A stretch of 35,071 nt of DNA, taken from contig JBMOPW010000036.1 in NCBI GenBank assembly GCA_049322915.1, positions 195,719-230,789 on the forward strand. Direction: 5' to 3'. Position 1 is the first letter of the stretch; each line of letters opens with the position of its first letter. Origin of the DNA: Candidatus Zhuqueibacterota bacterium. GTDB taxonomy: Bacteria; Zhuqueibacterota; Zhuqueibacteria; Thermofontimicrobiales; Thermofontimicrobiaceae. The position numbers were made by a program, and so were the translations under genes. Below, in pieces: positions 21,480 through 29,700 of this stretch. The notes beneath the pieces are model-generated. The model made no database searches, was not told the origin of the DNA, and saw nothing but the letters and a program-made list of their open reading frames with translations.

Positions 21480-21857
21480 AGCAGTACACACGTCGCGATG
21501 TGGTTTCCGGACGGTTTTGTAAATCTTTGATGCGCTTTCGATTCATTTCAACTTCAGACCATTGCGTATGAATCAGAAAATGGTCAAGACTATTGACAGA
21601 CTTTTGCTCAATGAAGGTCGATTGAATGCCGGAACAGGTTTTGTCTGCACCAATCCTAGTTAGATACTGTTTGAAATGTTGATATTGGGCTTTATTTGAA
21701 AATATTGCTTTAAAATTCCGTGCGTGCTTTTGAACAATTTGCGGTAAGTGAGTTATTTTTAGCATATCAGTTAGCTCTTATAATTATTCAACCAATTAAC
21801 TAACTGAAATATAGCATGTTAATCCGTTATTATTAACCTGTTTTTGGGAAAGTTTAG
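21480..21857 (-). mobile_element. IS701-like transposase remnant (left end plus N-terminal fragment, ATG 21765)
   Basis: F..IFSNKAQYQHFKQYLT...KT.SGI...SLDHFL...WS...N.KR resembles an IS701 N-terminus. Putative end CTAAACTTTCCCAAAAACAG at 21857. Truncated before the DDE domain. Confidence 0.6.
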
Positions 21858-21866
21858 TAAAATATT

Positions 21867-22094
21867 TTAAACTTTCATTTTCGCTTCGATTGTATCTGCA
21901 GAAAGATCAGCTCCACATTCCCACTCAACAAAATAACTTCCATTGGAAATTTTCATAAATTCTGATATGTCCTGCAATGGTTTGAATGCCTCATACTTTA
22001 AATAAGGCTTCACGTTAAAGATACCAATAAGACCTTTATCGGATACAATCCTCAGGGTGTAGTTTGAAATTGGAGTTACTTCATTAATTTTCAT
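21867..22094 (-). CDS. DUF2442 protein (putative antitoxin)
   Basis: VTPISNYTLRI...FNVKPYL...F.PL.D...F...VEWECGADLSADTI. Confidence 0.85.
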   Translation of the reverse strand: MKINEVTPISNYTLRIVSDKGLIGIFNVKPYLKYEAFKPLQDISEFMKISNGSYFVEWECGADLSADTIEAKMKV

Positions 22095-22363
22095 TGATCT
22101 AATCCTTTAATTGGAAATGGTTTCTTACCATTAGCTGCCAGCTCCCAGTCTGCTATCAGGTCTTCCTTGTGAATTTCGATCCACGCCACAACTAACTTAT
22201 GCTTATTAGAAGGTATTGAACCTGAGAGTACTTCACCATCTGGAATTGAATATACTGCCACTTGTCCTTGATAATCCGCATGAATATGTGGTAAATGGTT
22301 TTTTTCTGCATCCTTGAAAAACATTCTTATCAATATACCATAAAACATAGAAATTGTAGGCAT
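22091..22363 (-). CDS. DUF4160 protein (putative toxin of the DUF4160/DUF2442 TA pair)
   Basis: MPTISMFYGILIRMFF...HLPHIHADY...LVVAWIEIHKEDL...W...IKGL. Confidence 0.9.
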   Translation of the reverse strand: MPTISMFYGILIRMFFKDAEKNHLPHIHADYQGQVAVYSIPDGEVLSGSIPSNKHKLVVAWIEIHKEDLIADWELAANGKKPFPIKGLDQ

Positions 22364-22444
22364 CTATACCTCACCAAAAATGACTAAATTTGCTTTTATA
22401 AATATACAATATCTGGATTAATAATACAATCTTTTCAGCTATAA

Positions 22445-22850
22445 CCCATAATCCCCGCAGTTAGAGTTATACGCCATTAGCGCCTGCGTGGAAATTATTA
22501 GTTGAAGCATAGAGAAACCAGTATTATATTTAATTGGCGTTAAAATATAATGATGGAGGTCTCCCTATGCTTCGTCATCATATCACTCATTTTTTAGACT
22601 ATTGCAAAAATTCAAACTTCTCCAATCGCTCCATCGAATCGCTGGAGTGCCGGTTGCTGGAATTCAATGCCTTCATCCAACAGCAGGCCGCTCCCGGCAT
22701 CGAGCACATCACCTACCACCATCTCATTCAATTCGTCGCCGATTTTGGCACACCTTCACCATCCGTCAAAAAAATGCGGGTGTGGAGCCTGCACCAATTC
22801 TTTCATTACCTGACCCTGCAACAACTCATCCCGCACAACGTCGCCGCGCT
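22445..22850 (+). mobile_element. Tyrosine-recombinase element copy 1 (left end plus truncated recombinase, ATG 22567), abutting the cassette G|TT
   Basis: ctataac|ccataatccccgcagttagagttatacgccattagcgcctg. ORF MLRHHITHFLDYCKNSNFSNRSIESL...L.EF..F...ITYHHLIQFV...SPSVKKMRVWSLHQFFHYL...NVA is an XerD/phage-integrase SAM-like N-terminus. Colinear and near-identical with 25510-25828. Confidence 0.75.
22502..22530 (+). promoter_or_regulatory. Putative sigma70 promoter of the recombinase gene (also present in copy 3)
   Basis: TTGAAG-17 nt-TATATT, followed by RBS ggagg and ATG. Confidence 0.45.
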
Positions 22851-23292
22851 ATTACAGTCCCTGTCAGTTTTGATGAACGCATCGCACGACTGAATCTTCT
22901 ACAGGCAGGGTGGATCAATTATTTCAAATTAGCCAATATGTACGGCAAATTACGAGATATTGATGTCTGGGTTCGCCGCCGTCTGCGTGGCTGCATCTGG
23001 TCCCGCACCTGCGGGAGAAGAAACCAAACCGTAAGATGAAGAATCTTATCCGTTTGGGAATTCAACCAGGCATTGCCTATTCCTGGAGCCGCACTCGAAT
23101 GGGACGCTGGGCAGTTGCATGCAGTCCAATCCTCAGCACGACAATTACAAACGAAAGACTGGAACGCAGGGGCTATATTTCTATGCTATCGTATTACCTT
23201 AAAATTACTCATGGTTAATGAACCGTCCCGAAGCGTCGGGATGGTGTGAGAGGTGCACTCCAGTGGGAAACTGCTGAAGCCACCTACTCGAT
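22851..23292 (+). mobile_element. Group IIC-attC intron 3' remnant (frameshifted maturase C-terminus, damaged DV, DVI)
   Basis: SFDERIARLN..QAGWINYFKLA...LRDIDVWVRRRLR.CIW / KNLIRLGI...AYSWSRTRMG.WAVA.SPIL.TTIT..RL..RGY.S. Then gaaccg...tggtgtgagagg...cacctactcgat, followed by tagcggc, the rest of an attC R'' on the bottom strand. Confidence 0.9.
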
Positions 23293-23298
23293 TAGCGG

Positions 23299-23487
23299 CT
23301 ATTTTGCTGGCTCTACACCAAGATCTTTGCATATCTTTCTCGCCAAGATGTCCTTGATCTCGGAATGCCGAGGAATCGCCGACCGTTTATTTTGCGCTGG
23401 ATTATGCCACCATGAATGCTTACTACCTTCTCGTAAAAGATCGCATCCCTGGCTTCGCAGATACTTGAGAAGTTCATTTCTCTTCAT
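23299..23487 (-). CDS. hicA: HicA-family toxin
   Basis: MKRNELLKYL...GC.LLREGSKHSWW.NP...SAIPRHSEI...LARKICKDLG. Confidence 0.9.
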   Translation of the reverse strand: MKRNELLKYLRSQGCDLLREGSKHSWWHNPAQNKRSAIPRHSEIKDILARKICKDLGVEPAK

Positions 23488-23696
23488 ATGGCGATTTTTT
23501 CTTCCTTGTAGCCACTACCGGCAGAGGTCAATGCGTCCTGGCGGTTGAATTCCAATGCCTCTCTTAGCGTAACCTCCAAGGTCTCTTTCAACTCCTCGTA
23601 GGTCTTTTCCTGGCAATTTACACCGGAAATTTCCTCGATCCATCCCACCCACCAGTCGTCTTCCTGTTTCATAACCGCTGTATACTCGTTTTGCAT
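23484..23696 (-). CDS. hicB: HicB-family antitoxin (upstream of the toxin)
   Basis: YTAV.KQEDDWWVGWIEEISGVNCQEKT.EEL.ETL...L.EAL; RBS ggagg. Confidence 0.9.
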   Translation of the reverse strand: MQNEYTAVMKQEDDWWVGWIEEISGVNCQEKTYEELKETLEVTLREALEFNRQDALTSAGSGYKEEKIAI

Positions 23697-23734
23697 ACTC
23701 TTTGCCTCCATAATGAATATTTTATGCACGATAA

Positions 23735-23778
23735 CCCATAAACCCCGCAGTTAGAATTATACGCCATTAGCGCCTGCG
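23735..23778 (+). mobile_element. Tyrosine-recombinase element copy 2 (left end only), abutting the G|TT of the hicBA cassette
   Basis: cgataac|ccataaaccccgcagttagaattatacgccattagcgcctgcg. Confidence 0.75.
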
Positions 23779-23885
23779 CTCTGTCTGGGGGGCCGTATCC
23801 AATACAGTGAGTATTGGGCACATTGTTAATCCACTGGTATACTTTTCAATTAATACAATGGTACACTTTTCACTTGAAATTTACA
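23779..23885. mobile_element. IS21-family terminal remnant
   Basis: Minus strand TGTAAATTTCAAGTGAAAAGTGTACCA-TTGTATTAATT-GAAAAGTATACCA: a TGT terminus with tandem subterminal repeats, typical of IS21 ends. Confidence 0.65.
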
Positions 23886-24056
23886 ATTGCCGCAAAAGCC
23901 ATTAAAAAATCGGTGATTAAAATTCTCATCCAATTCCTTGAAATTTATTTATGAAGGCTTTCTTAATGCCATCTTTAACTCCTTGAATGTTGCAAGGCAA
24001 TTGATTCTTATCTTTCGAGACGAATCTTTGGTCTTACCATCGAATTGGACTTATTA

Positions 24057-24320
24057 TTAAGCAATTTTCTGTTTAATAATATCGCTAACCAGTTTTTTGA
24101 CTGGTTTTTGCTGCTTCTTGGAATAGGATCGTAACGCAATAAAACTTTCTTCATCCAACTCAATCTGGAAATGACGTCTTTTAATATCTGCTTTGAATTC
24201 AACAGGCTCCAAATATTCCTCATAATCTGTTATACTATGTGTATCCCAGAATTCGCCAGCTTCTTCTTCTGAAGAAAATTCATCAGGTAACGGATCAATT
24301 TTTTTATTTGTGTTTGTCAT
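24057..24320 (-). CDS. BrnA/CopG-like antitoxin
   Basis: LPDEFSSEEEAGEFWDTHSITDY...ribbon-helix-helix-like C-terminus. Confidence 0.85.
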   Translation of the reverse strand: MTNTNKKIDPLPDEFSSEEEAGEFWDTHSITDYEEYLEPVEFKADIKRRHFQIELDEESFIALRSYSKKQQKPVKKLVSDIIKQKIA

Positions 24321-24589
24321 AATATTTCATTTCAGTTAATGTCATTTCACGTGCTGATATAGGCAAAGCAATATCATGTTTTTTTTTATAAAAAATACAA
24401 TCAAGTATCGCCCATTGATGATTTGTGCTTGAGCGGATAGATATCTTCTCCATGCACTCGTCCTTTGACTACTTTACGAACTAAAGGACTAGAGTAGAGA
24501 GCTTCTTCTGCCTCATAAATGGTCACATTATGCTTGATTTCTAGTTTTTCAACAAATTGCTCCTTCCAAATAATATCCGTTATTTTCAA
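24304..24589 (-). pseudogene. BrnT-like toxin with two frameshifts
   Basis: IIW...EKL..KHNVT..EAEEAL, then GRYLIVFFIKK in another frame, then ALPISAREMT..E.KYY in the third frame. Shifts lie near 24436 and in the A9 run at 24379-24387. Confidence 0.75.
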
Positions 24590-24646
24590 ATTTCTTGCTC
24601 CTTAAAAATAAAATGAATAAATTAAAAAACAAGCATTATCTTCTAT

Positions 24647-24774
24647 GCATAACGAAAAGTGTTAGCCGCCGGAGCCGCGTAAAATGAAACTGCTAAAACG
24701 ACATTACTTTCTACGGCTATTATTTACTGCTATCGCGACAGGAGGCGCAGGTCGGCTACACACTTGTGTTAACC
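24647..24774 (-). other. attC site of the addiction-module (killer/antidote) cassette
   Basis: Minus strand GGTTAAC acaag tgtgtagccgacc...ggcggctaacac ttttc GTTATGC. R'' is exactly complementary to GTTAACC at the cassette 5' end (25506-25512). Confidence 0.85.
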
Positions 24775-24804
24775 ATTTATTGTCATCCAAATTGTTAAGG
24801 TGTT

Positions 24805-25119
24805 TCAAGCCGAGTGCGAAGGGTGAACTTCTTTTATTTCTATAGCCAATTTGAGTCCCAAGTTATCTAATATTGTCGAAAGGCTTGACAAATTGGGATT
24901 TCCTTCATTAGATAGCATCCGATACATATTCTCTCTATTAAGAGATGTTTGTTGCGAAATGTTTTTAATTCCCCTTGCTGCCGCGACATCTCTCAACGCC
25001 ATGAGAAATATTTCTTGATTTCCATCTTGGAGTGCAGCGTTCAGATATTCAACCGCCTCCTTTGGATTTCTGAGATCTTTTATGAGATCATCTTTGTAAT
25101 TTTTAGTGAGTTTATTCAT
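24805..25119 (-). CDS. Addiction module antidote protein (HTH, HI1420-like)
   Basis: L..PKEAVEYLNAAL.DG...FLMALRDVAAARGI..ISQQT.LNRENMYRMLS.EGNP.LSSL..IL..LG; start re-assigned to ATG 25119. Confidence 0.9.
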   Translation of the reverse strand: MNKLTKNYKDDLIKDLRNPKEAVEYLNAALQDGNQEIFLMALRDVAAARGIKNISQQTSLNRENMYRMLSNEGNPNLSSLSTILDNLGLKLAIEIKEVHPSHSA

Positions 25120-25450
25120 TTTTTCTCCTGCAATAATCAGCCCAAAACAATTTGGCCAAGTCAATATCTTTTTTTTGGCTTTTTTTACTACCCGCACAGA
25201 GGAGTATAATAAGGGTAGTGCCATCCTGGCCGAAATAAATCCTGTATCCTGGACCAAAATCAACTCGAAGCTCTGATACACCCTCGCCAACTGGTTTACA
25301 GTCTCCCAAATTGCCCAGGATAATTCGGTTAAGTCGGACACGAATAACGGCGCGAGCTTTTATGTCTTTCAATGATTTTATCCAATCATCGAAAGGGCAC
25401 TTACCATCTTCGGTGATATATTCGAGCAATTCTTTATGTTTTGATTCCAT
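25112..25450 (-). CDS. Addiction module killer protein (RelE/HigB-like, HI1419-like)
   Basis: Y.TEDGKCPFDDW..SLKD.KARA.I.VRL.RI..GNLGDCKPVGEGVSELRVDFGPGYRIYF. Confidence 0.95.
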   Translation of the reverse strand: MESKHKELLEYITEDGKCPFDDWIKSLKDIKARAVIRVRLNRIILGNLGDCKPVGEGVSELRVDFGPGYRIYFGQDGTTLIILLCAGSKKSQKKDIDLAKLFWADYCRRKNE

Positions 25451-25455
25451 ACTCT

Positions 25456-25484
25456 AATGTAGCTTAAAAGCCACTAAAAGTCAA
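25456..25484 (-). promoter_or_regulatory. Cassette-internal promoter, probably leaderless
   Basis: TTGACT-17 nt-TACATT, 5 nt upstream of the toxin ATG, with no RBS. Confidence 0.6.
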
Positions 25485-25511
25485 CTGGATTTTCATGAAA
25501 TAGATGGTTAA

Positions 25512-26011
25512 CCCATAAACCCCGCAGTTAGAGTTATACGCCATTAGCGCCTGTGTGGAAATTGTTAGTTGAAGCATAGAGAAACCAGTATTATATTTAA
25601 TTGACGTTACAATATAATTATGGAGGTTTCCCTATGCTTCGTCATCATATCACTCATTTTTTTGAGTATTGCAAAAATTCAAACTTCTCCAATCGCTCCA
25701 TCGAATCGCTGGAGTGCCGGTTGCTGGAATTCAATGCCTTCATCTTACTGCAGGCCGCTCCCTGCATCGGGCACATCACCTACCACCATCTCATTCAATT
25801 CGTCGCCGATTTCAGCACACCTTCACCAAAGGTGGTGTGTCGATCTGTCTTTTCCCCGGGAGAAGTACGCCTTGTTTATGCCTTATCGAAATAGCGATTG
25901 ATTTTTCCAACTCAATCGGTTATATTGAATCATCAACTGCTGCTCTCTCTATGTTGATGCTGCTTTTTCACCTGCCTAATTGCGTATAACTCGATTCTTT
26001 ACTGCGGGGTT
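25512..26011 (+). mobile_element. Tyrosine-recombinase element copy 3: both ends present, internally deleted (500 bp), inserted at the attC crossover
   Basis: Left end (c)ccata-aaccccgcagttagagttatacgccattag; right end (reverse complement) aaccccgcagtaaagaatcgagttatacgcaattag. Recombinase N-terminus from ATG 25634 breaks at 25828. Removing the element restores ...gcggagc ttttc GTTAACC. Confidence 0.8.
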
Positions 26012-26063
26012 CGAAAAGCTCCGCTGCCGAGTTTATGAGGTCGGCTGAAGCGACATGTTCGCC
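26012..26063 (-). other. attC site of DUF4160/DUF2442 cassette 2, separated from its R' by the element
   Basis: GGCGAAC atgtc gcttcagccgac ctcataaa ctcggcagcggagc ttttc G|. Overlaps the gene end (ANMSLQPTS). R'' matches GTTCACC at 26638-26644 at 6/7 positions. Confidence 0.8.
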
Positions 26064-26344
26064 AGCGAACCTTGCTGCGAATTCATCCATTCAGGTAGAG
26101 GGGAGTTCGTTGCCACGGAATAAAGTGTTTCAGGTGCAATATCGATTTCATCCCCCCAGGTAAGCACTCCAAGTTCCTCATTAATTTTAAAATTTTTGAA
26201 AAATTCCATATCCTTGAATTTTTCGAAGATCCCACCTTCAAGTAAATATTTTGAAAAATCGACGACTCCAGAGGCACCGTCCTCAAAAGTGATTTCAATT
26301 TTATATTCGCCCTTATATTTTGCTGAGATTACATCCCTAAGCAT
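26033..26344 (-). CDS. DUF2442 protein (putative antitoxin)
   Basis: YKIEITFEDGASGVVDF...GIFEKFKD.EFF...VLTWGDEIDIAPETLY. Confidence 0.9.
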   Translation of the reverse strand: MLRDVISAKYKGEYKIEITFEDGASGVVDFSKYLLEGGIFEKFKDMEFFKNFKINEELGVLTWGDEIDIAPETLYSVATNSPLPEWMNSQQGSLANMSLQPTS

Positions 26345-26356
26345 GACTCACCTCCC

Positions 26357-26617
26357 TTATTTCAACGGTTCAATTTTCTTTGGAGTCTGATTATTTTTCG
26401 CTAATTCCCAGTTATGACTAAGCTCATTCCTGTGCTGAACGGCCCATTCGATTACAAGCCCCAACGCACGAGGCGAAAAATGACCCTCCAGAATCCGAAG
26501 TGACTCTATTTCTATTGCCACTTTCTCCCCGCCATACCGTGCATGAAAATGCGGCGGGTTGTGATCATCGAAAAACATCGCAATGATTATACCATAAAAC
26601 CTACTGATCTCAGGCAT
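26357..26617 (-). CDS. DUF4160 protein (putative toxin)
   Basis: MPEISRFYGIIIAMFFDDHNPPHFHARY...LVIEWA.QHRNEL..NW...KIEPLK. Confidence 0.92.
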   Translation of the reverse strand: MPEISRFYGIIIAMFFDDHNPPHFHARYGGEKVAIEIESLRILEGHFSPRALGLVIEWAVQHRNELSHNWELAKNNQTPKKIEPLK

Positions 26618-26637
26618 TTTGGTTTTCCTTTTAATCA

Positions 26638-26771
26638 GGTGAACAACAATGTTGAGCGGCTGGAAATTTACAACGCACTATACATAAAATTTAATAAAAT
26701 CTTTAGACAATGTACCGAAAACTCAGATCAAAACAGCGTATTTCCAGTCCGATTCCAACATTTTGTTATGT
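26638..26771 (-). other. attC site of the giant cassette
   Basis: ACATAAC aaaat gttggaatcggactggaaat...atttccagccgctcaac attgtt GTTCACC. R'' is the exact complement of GTTATGT at 32475-32481. Confidence 0.85.
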
Positions 26772-26797
26772 TTTTATATAAACACTTCAATAATTAT

Positions 26798-29700
26798 TTA
26801 TTTCAGCAAAATAAATTTTTTCGTGTCAGCGAATTCAACTCTTTTTTGAGAAATATCTTTTACACGGATTCGATAAAAGTAAATTCCTGTGGAATACTGC
26901 TTTGCGTTCCATGAAACTTGATGTGTACCTGCATTATAGCTATCATTTATCACCCGTTCGATACATTGCCCTGCGCTGTTAAATACGTCTAAAACAACAT
27001 AGCATGTTTGGGGCAAATCAAATTTGATGTTTGTTTTTGGATTAAATGGATTGGGATAATTCTGCCATAAATTAAAATTCTTTGGGATTATCGTTTGATC
27101 TTTAGAAATTTGTGTGACTGGCGCTTTCCTGGAAAAATAGGAAATCAAACCACTCCCGCCAACGATCCAGCCAAATGTTCCTTTATCAGTATGAACTATT
27201 GAAATATTCCGAATTCCATCGTCCGTCATTGTTTCCAGTTCCCAGGAGTCCCCATTATCCTTACTGCTGTAGAGCGCATGATCGATTAATGCCCAAAAAG
27301 TATCCTGCTGGGCGTAAATATAGCGAATAAAGCCAGCTTCTGGAGCGCGGAGCAATTCCCAGGTTGTTCCAGAATCAAAAGTAATCGCCATTTTTTCATA
27401 AGTAGAGGCGGCAAGCCCAATGCCCGATCCATTTAAAGCGATCGCTGAAATATTTTTCAAAACAGGAACTTCTTTTATATTCCAGTTCACTCCTTTATCG
27501 CTTGTAAAAATAATTCTGGATTTATTCGAGCTAAACCAGATATTGTTCTCATCTACTTTACAAACGTTATGATGATATCCATTTTCTGCATCTTCCGCTA
27601 ATGGCGCGTTAGTTAACAAATTCCATGAAATCCCACCGTCGATTGTTTTAAATATCTGCCATTGTCCTTCTTTGGGATCGCCAAAAGCAAAGCCGGTTTG
27701 AGAATCAAGCATCGTGATATCATTAATAAAAAGGCGCTGCTGCTCCAGAACCTTTGTCCAGCTAACGCCGCTATTTTCAGTGATGTAAATCGCTGATATC
27801 GCCGCTGGACTATTCCATTCACCAGTGACAACTGCAATGAGCGCCGTGTCATTAGAGACCGCTTCAACGCAAAGTATATCCAGCGAATCAGGACCGTCCC
27901 ATACATTATTCCAGGCATTGCCTCCATCAATTGTAAGCAAAACAGCTCCATCGATCCCGCATGCCCAGGCTTTTTGCTCCGACACTGCGGTCACATCATA
28001 CAAAGGCTCAGTCCATCCTGATGATTGAATTTTCCATTTATCAGCGATCTTTGTGGCGTTTATCGTCACATCCTTGTCCCCGCCATTAGAAGTAATATGA
28101 AGCGCGCTGGAATATTTACCTGGATTTAAATTACTGCGATCAATCGTAACAGTGATCTCTGCGTCATTTGAACCGCTATTTGGAGAAATACTTGTAATCC
28201 AGCTTTCATTCAAAGTTACAGACCAGTTAAGAGAATTATAACCCGAATTAGCAATTTTAAATTTCTGTTCAGTTTCATGTAAACTAAAATCAAGGGTTTC
28301 AGCGCTCACTTTAAGAGAAGGCTCAAGAACAGTATTGCGATATTTTGCGATATAGCCATTTTCCCCAACAGTCCAACCGTAACGTCCCTGTTGATTTTCT
28401 ACAAACGAGAGAGAATAAAGCTGCGAATTTTTGGCAATTGTCTTCAATTCCCAATTATTCCCATTATCTTTCGTTTGATAAACGCTATTATCTACAATTA
28501 GCCAAAAAATATTTTCATGATAAACGATATGACGTTCAACGCCGTCCACAGGAAGTGTTACCTGATTCCATGTTCTTCCATTATCCAGAGTGCGTCTTAA
28601 TTGTCCATGGTCGCTAAAAAAACCAATGCCTTCATTATTGAAAGTCAGAACCTTAAAAAACTTCCCATATCCGGGATTAACCAACTCCCATGTATCGCCG
28701 CCATCAACTGTATGATGCAGATTATAGTTTGTGCCAGTAAACCAGCACTCGCTTTCATTCAGCCATATGACTCCATCCCGACTGCCCCATTCATCATTCG
28801 AAGAAGTATTGGGAGCGTTCAAAATTTGCATCCAACTCTGACCGCCATCGTTCGTTTTTAACATCGTCCAAACGCCATTTACTGCATTTCCAATAGCAAA
28901 TCCATTTTCTGAATTAAACATTGTTATATTTGTAATCCAGCCATTGGCTTGTTCGAACACTTTCGACCAACTGCTCCCTCCATTTTCAGTCTTGAAGATA
29001 TAGGCGATACTCGTTCCAGCGTTCCAATCGCCTGTCAAGCCTGCGACAAATGCTGTATCGGAATTACACGCTTCGATGATATCGATATCTAATAAATCAG
29101 CGCCCCAAACGTTTGTCCATGTAGCGCCGCCGTCAATCGTTCGCAATACAACATTCTCTCCGCCCGCTATCCAGACTGTTTGTTCATCTACTGCATCTAG
29201 CGAGTAAAGATTGTTCGATGTTCCTGAATACTGAGAAAGCCAAACCTCTGTTGAAGCGCTTACTCTTATTGTTCCTGAATTTGTGGAAGCGACTCTTAAA
29301 GATTGGTTTTGAACGTCTCCAATATTGATATTTTTGGGAGCGATTATTGTTTCACCTGCATGCTGCGGTTGAAAAACGACTGTCGCCAACACACCTGAAC
29401 CAGATGGACCATCATTTACATTTGACGAAGTAGCGCCAAATGATAATCGACCTGTCGGATTAATATTATCAATTGTTGGTTCAATTATGGAAACCGCTCT
29501 TCCAGTACTTCCGAGAAAAGGGCCAATTAAAACTGTATCCACATGTACAATATCGGTGTTATATTCCAAATCAAACTGAAAAGAACCAAGGTGTGAAGCG
29601 TCCTCAATGACAACATCAACAGAACAAGGTTCATTTATTGTTATTGTTGAATTATTCGGTTCAATGCTAATAGAAACTTCATCGCTAAAATGAGGTTTTA

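Noticed and set aside
22534..22893. Recombinase fragments read as integron integrase with adjacent attI sites (three mini-integrons)
   Set aside because: The divergent layout fits, but the protein lacks IntI N-terminal motifs (e.g. HYS.RTE..Y..W), and copy 3 has a matching inverted right end followed by an attC body. Insertion into attC fits better. Not fully excluded without a phylogeny.
22602..23039. 145-aa ORF as a real gene
   Set aside because: It is a chimera of an off-frame reading of the recombinase fragment and the intron maturase tail.
22443..25560. Three ~45-bp direct repeats as a CRISPR array
   Set aside because: Spacing is 1.3-1.8 kb with genes in between, and there are no cas genes.
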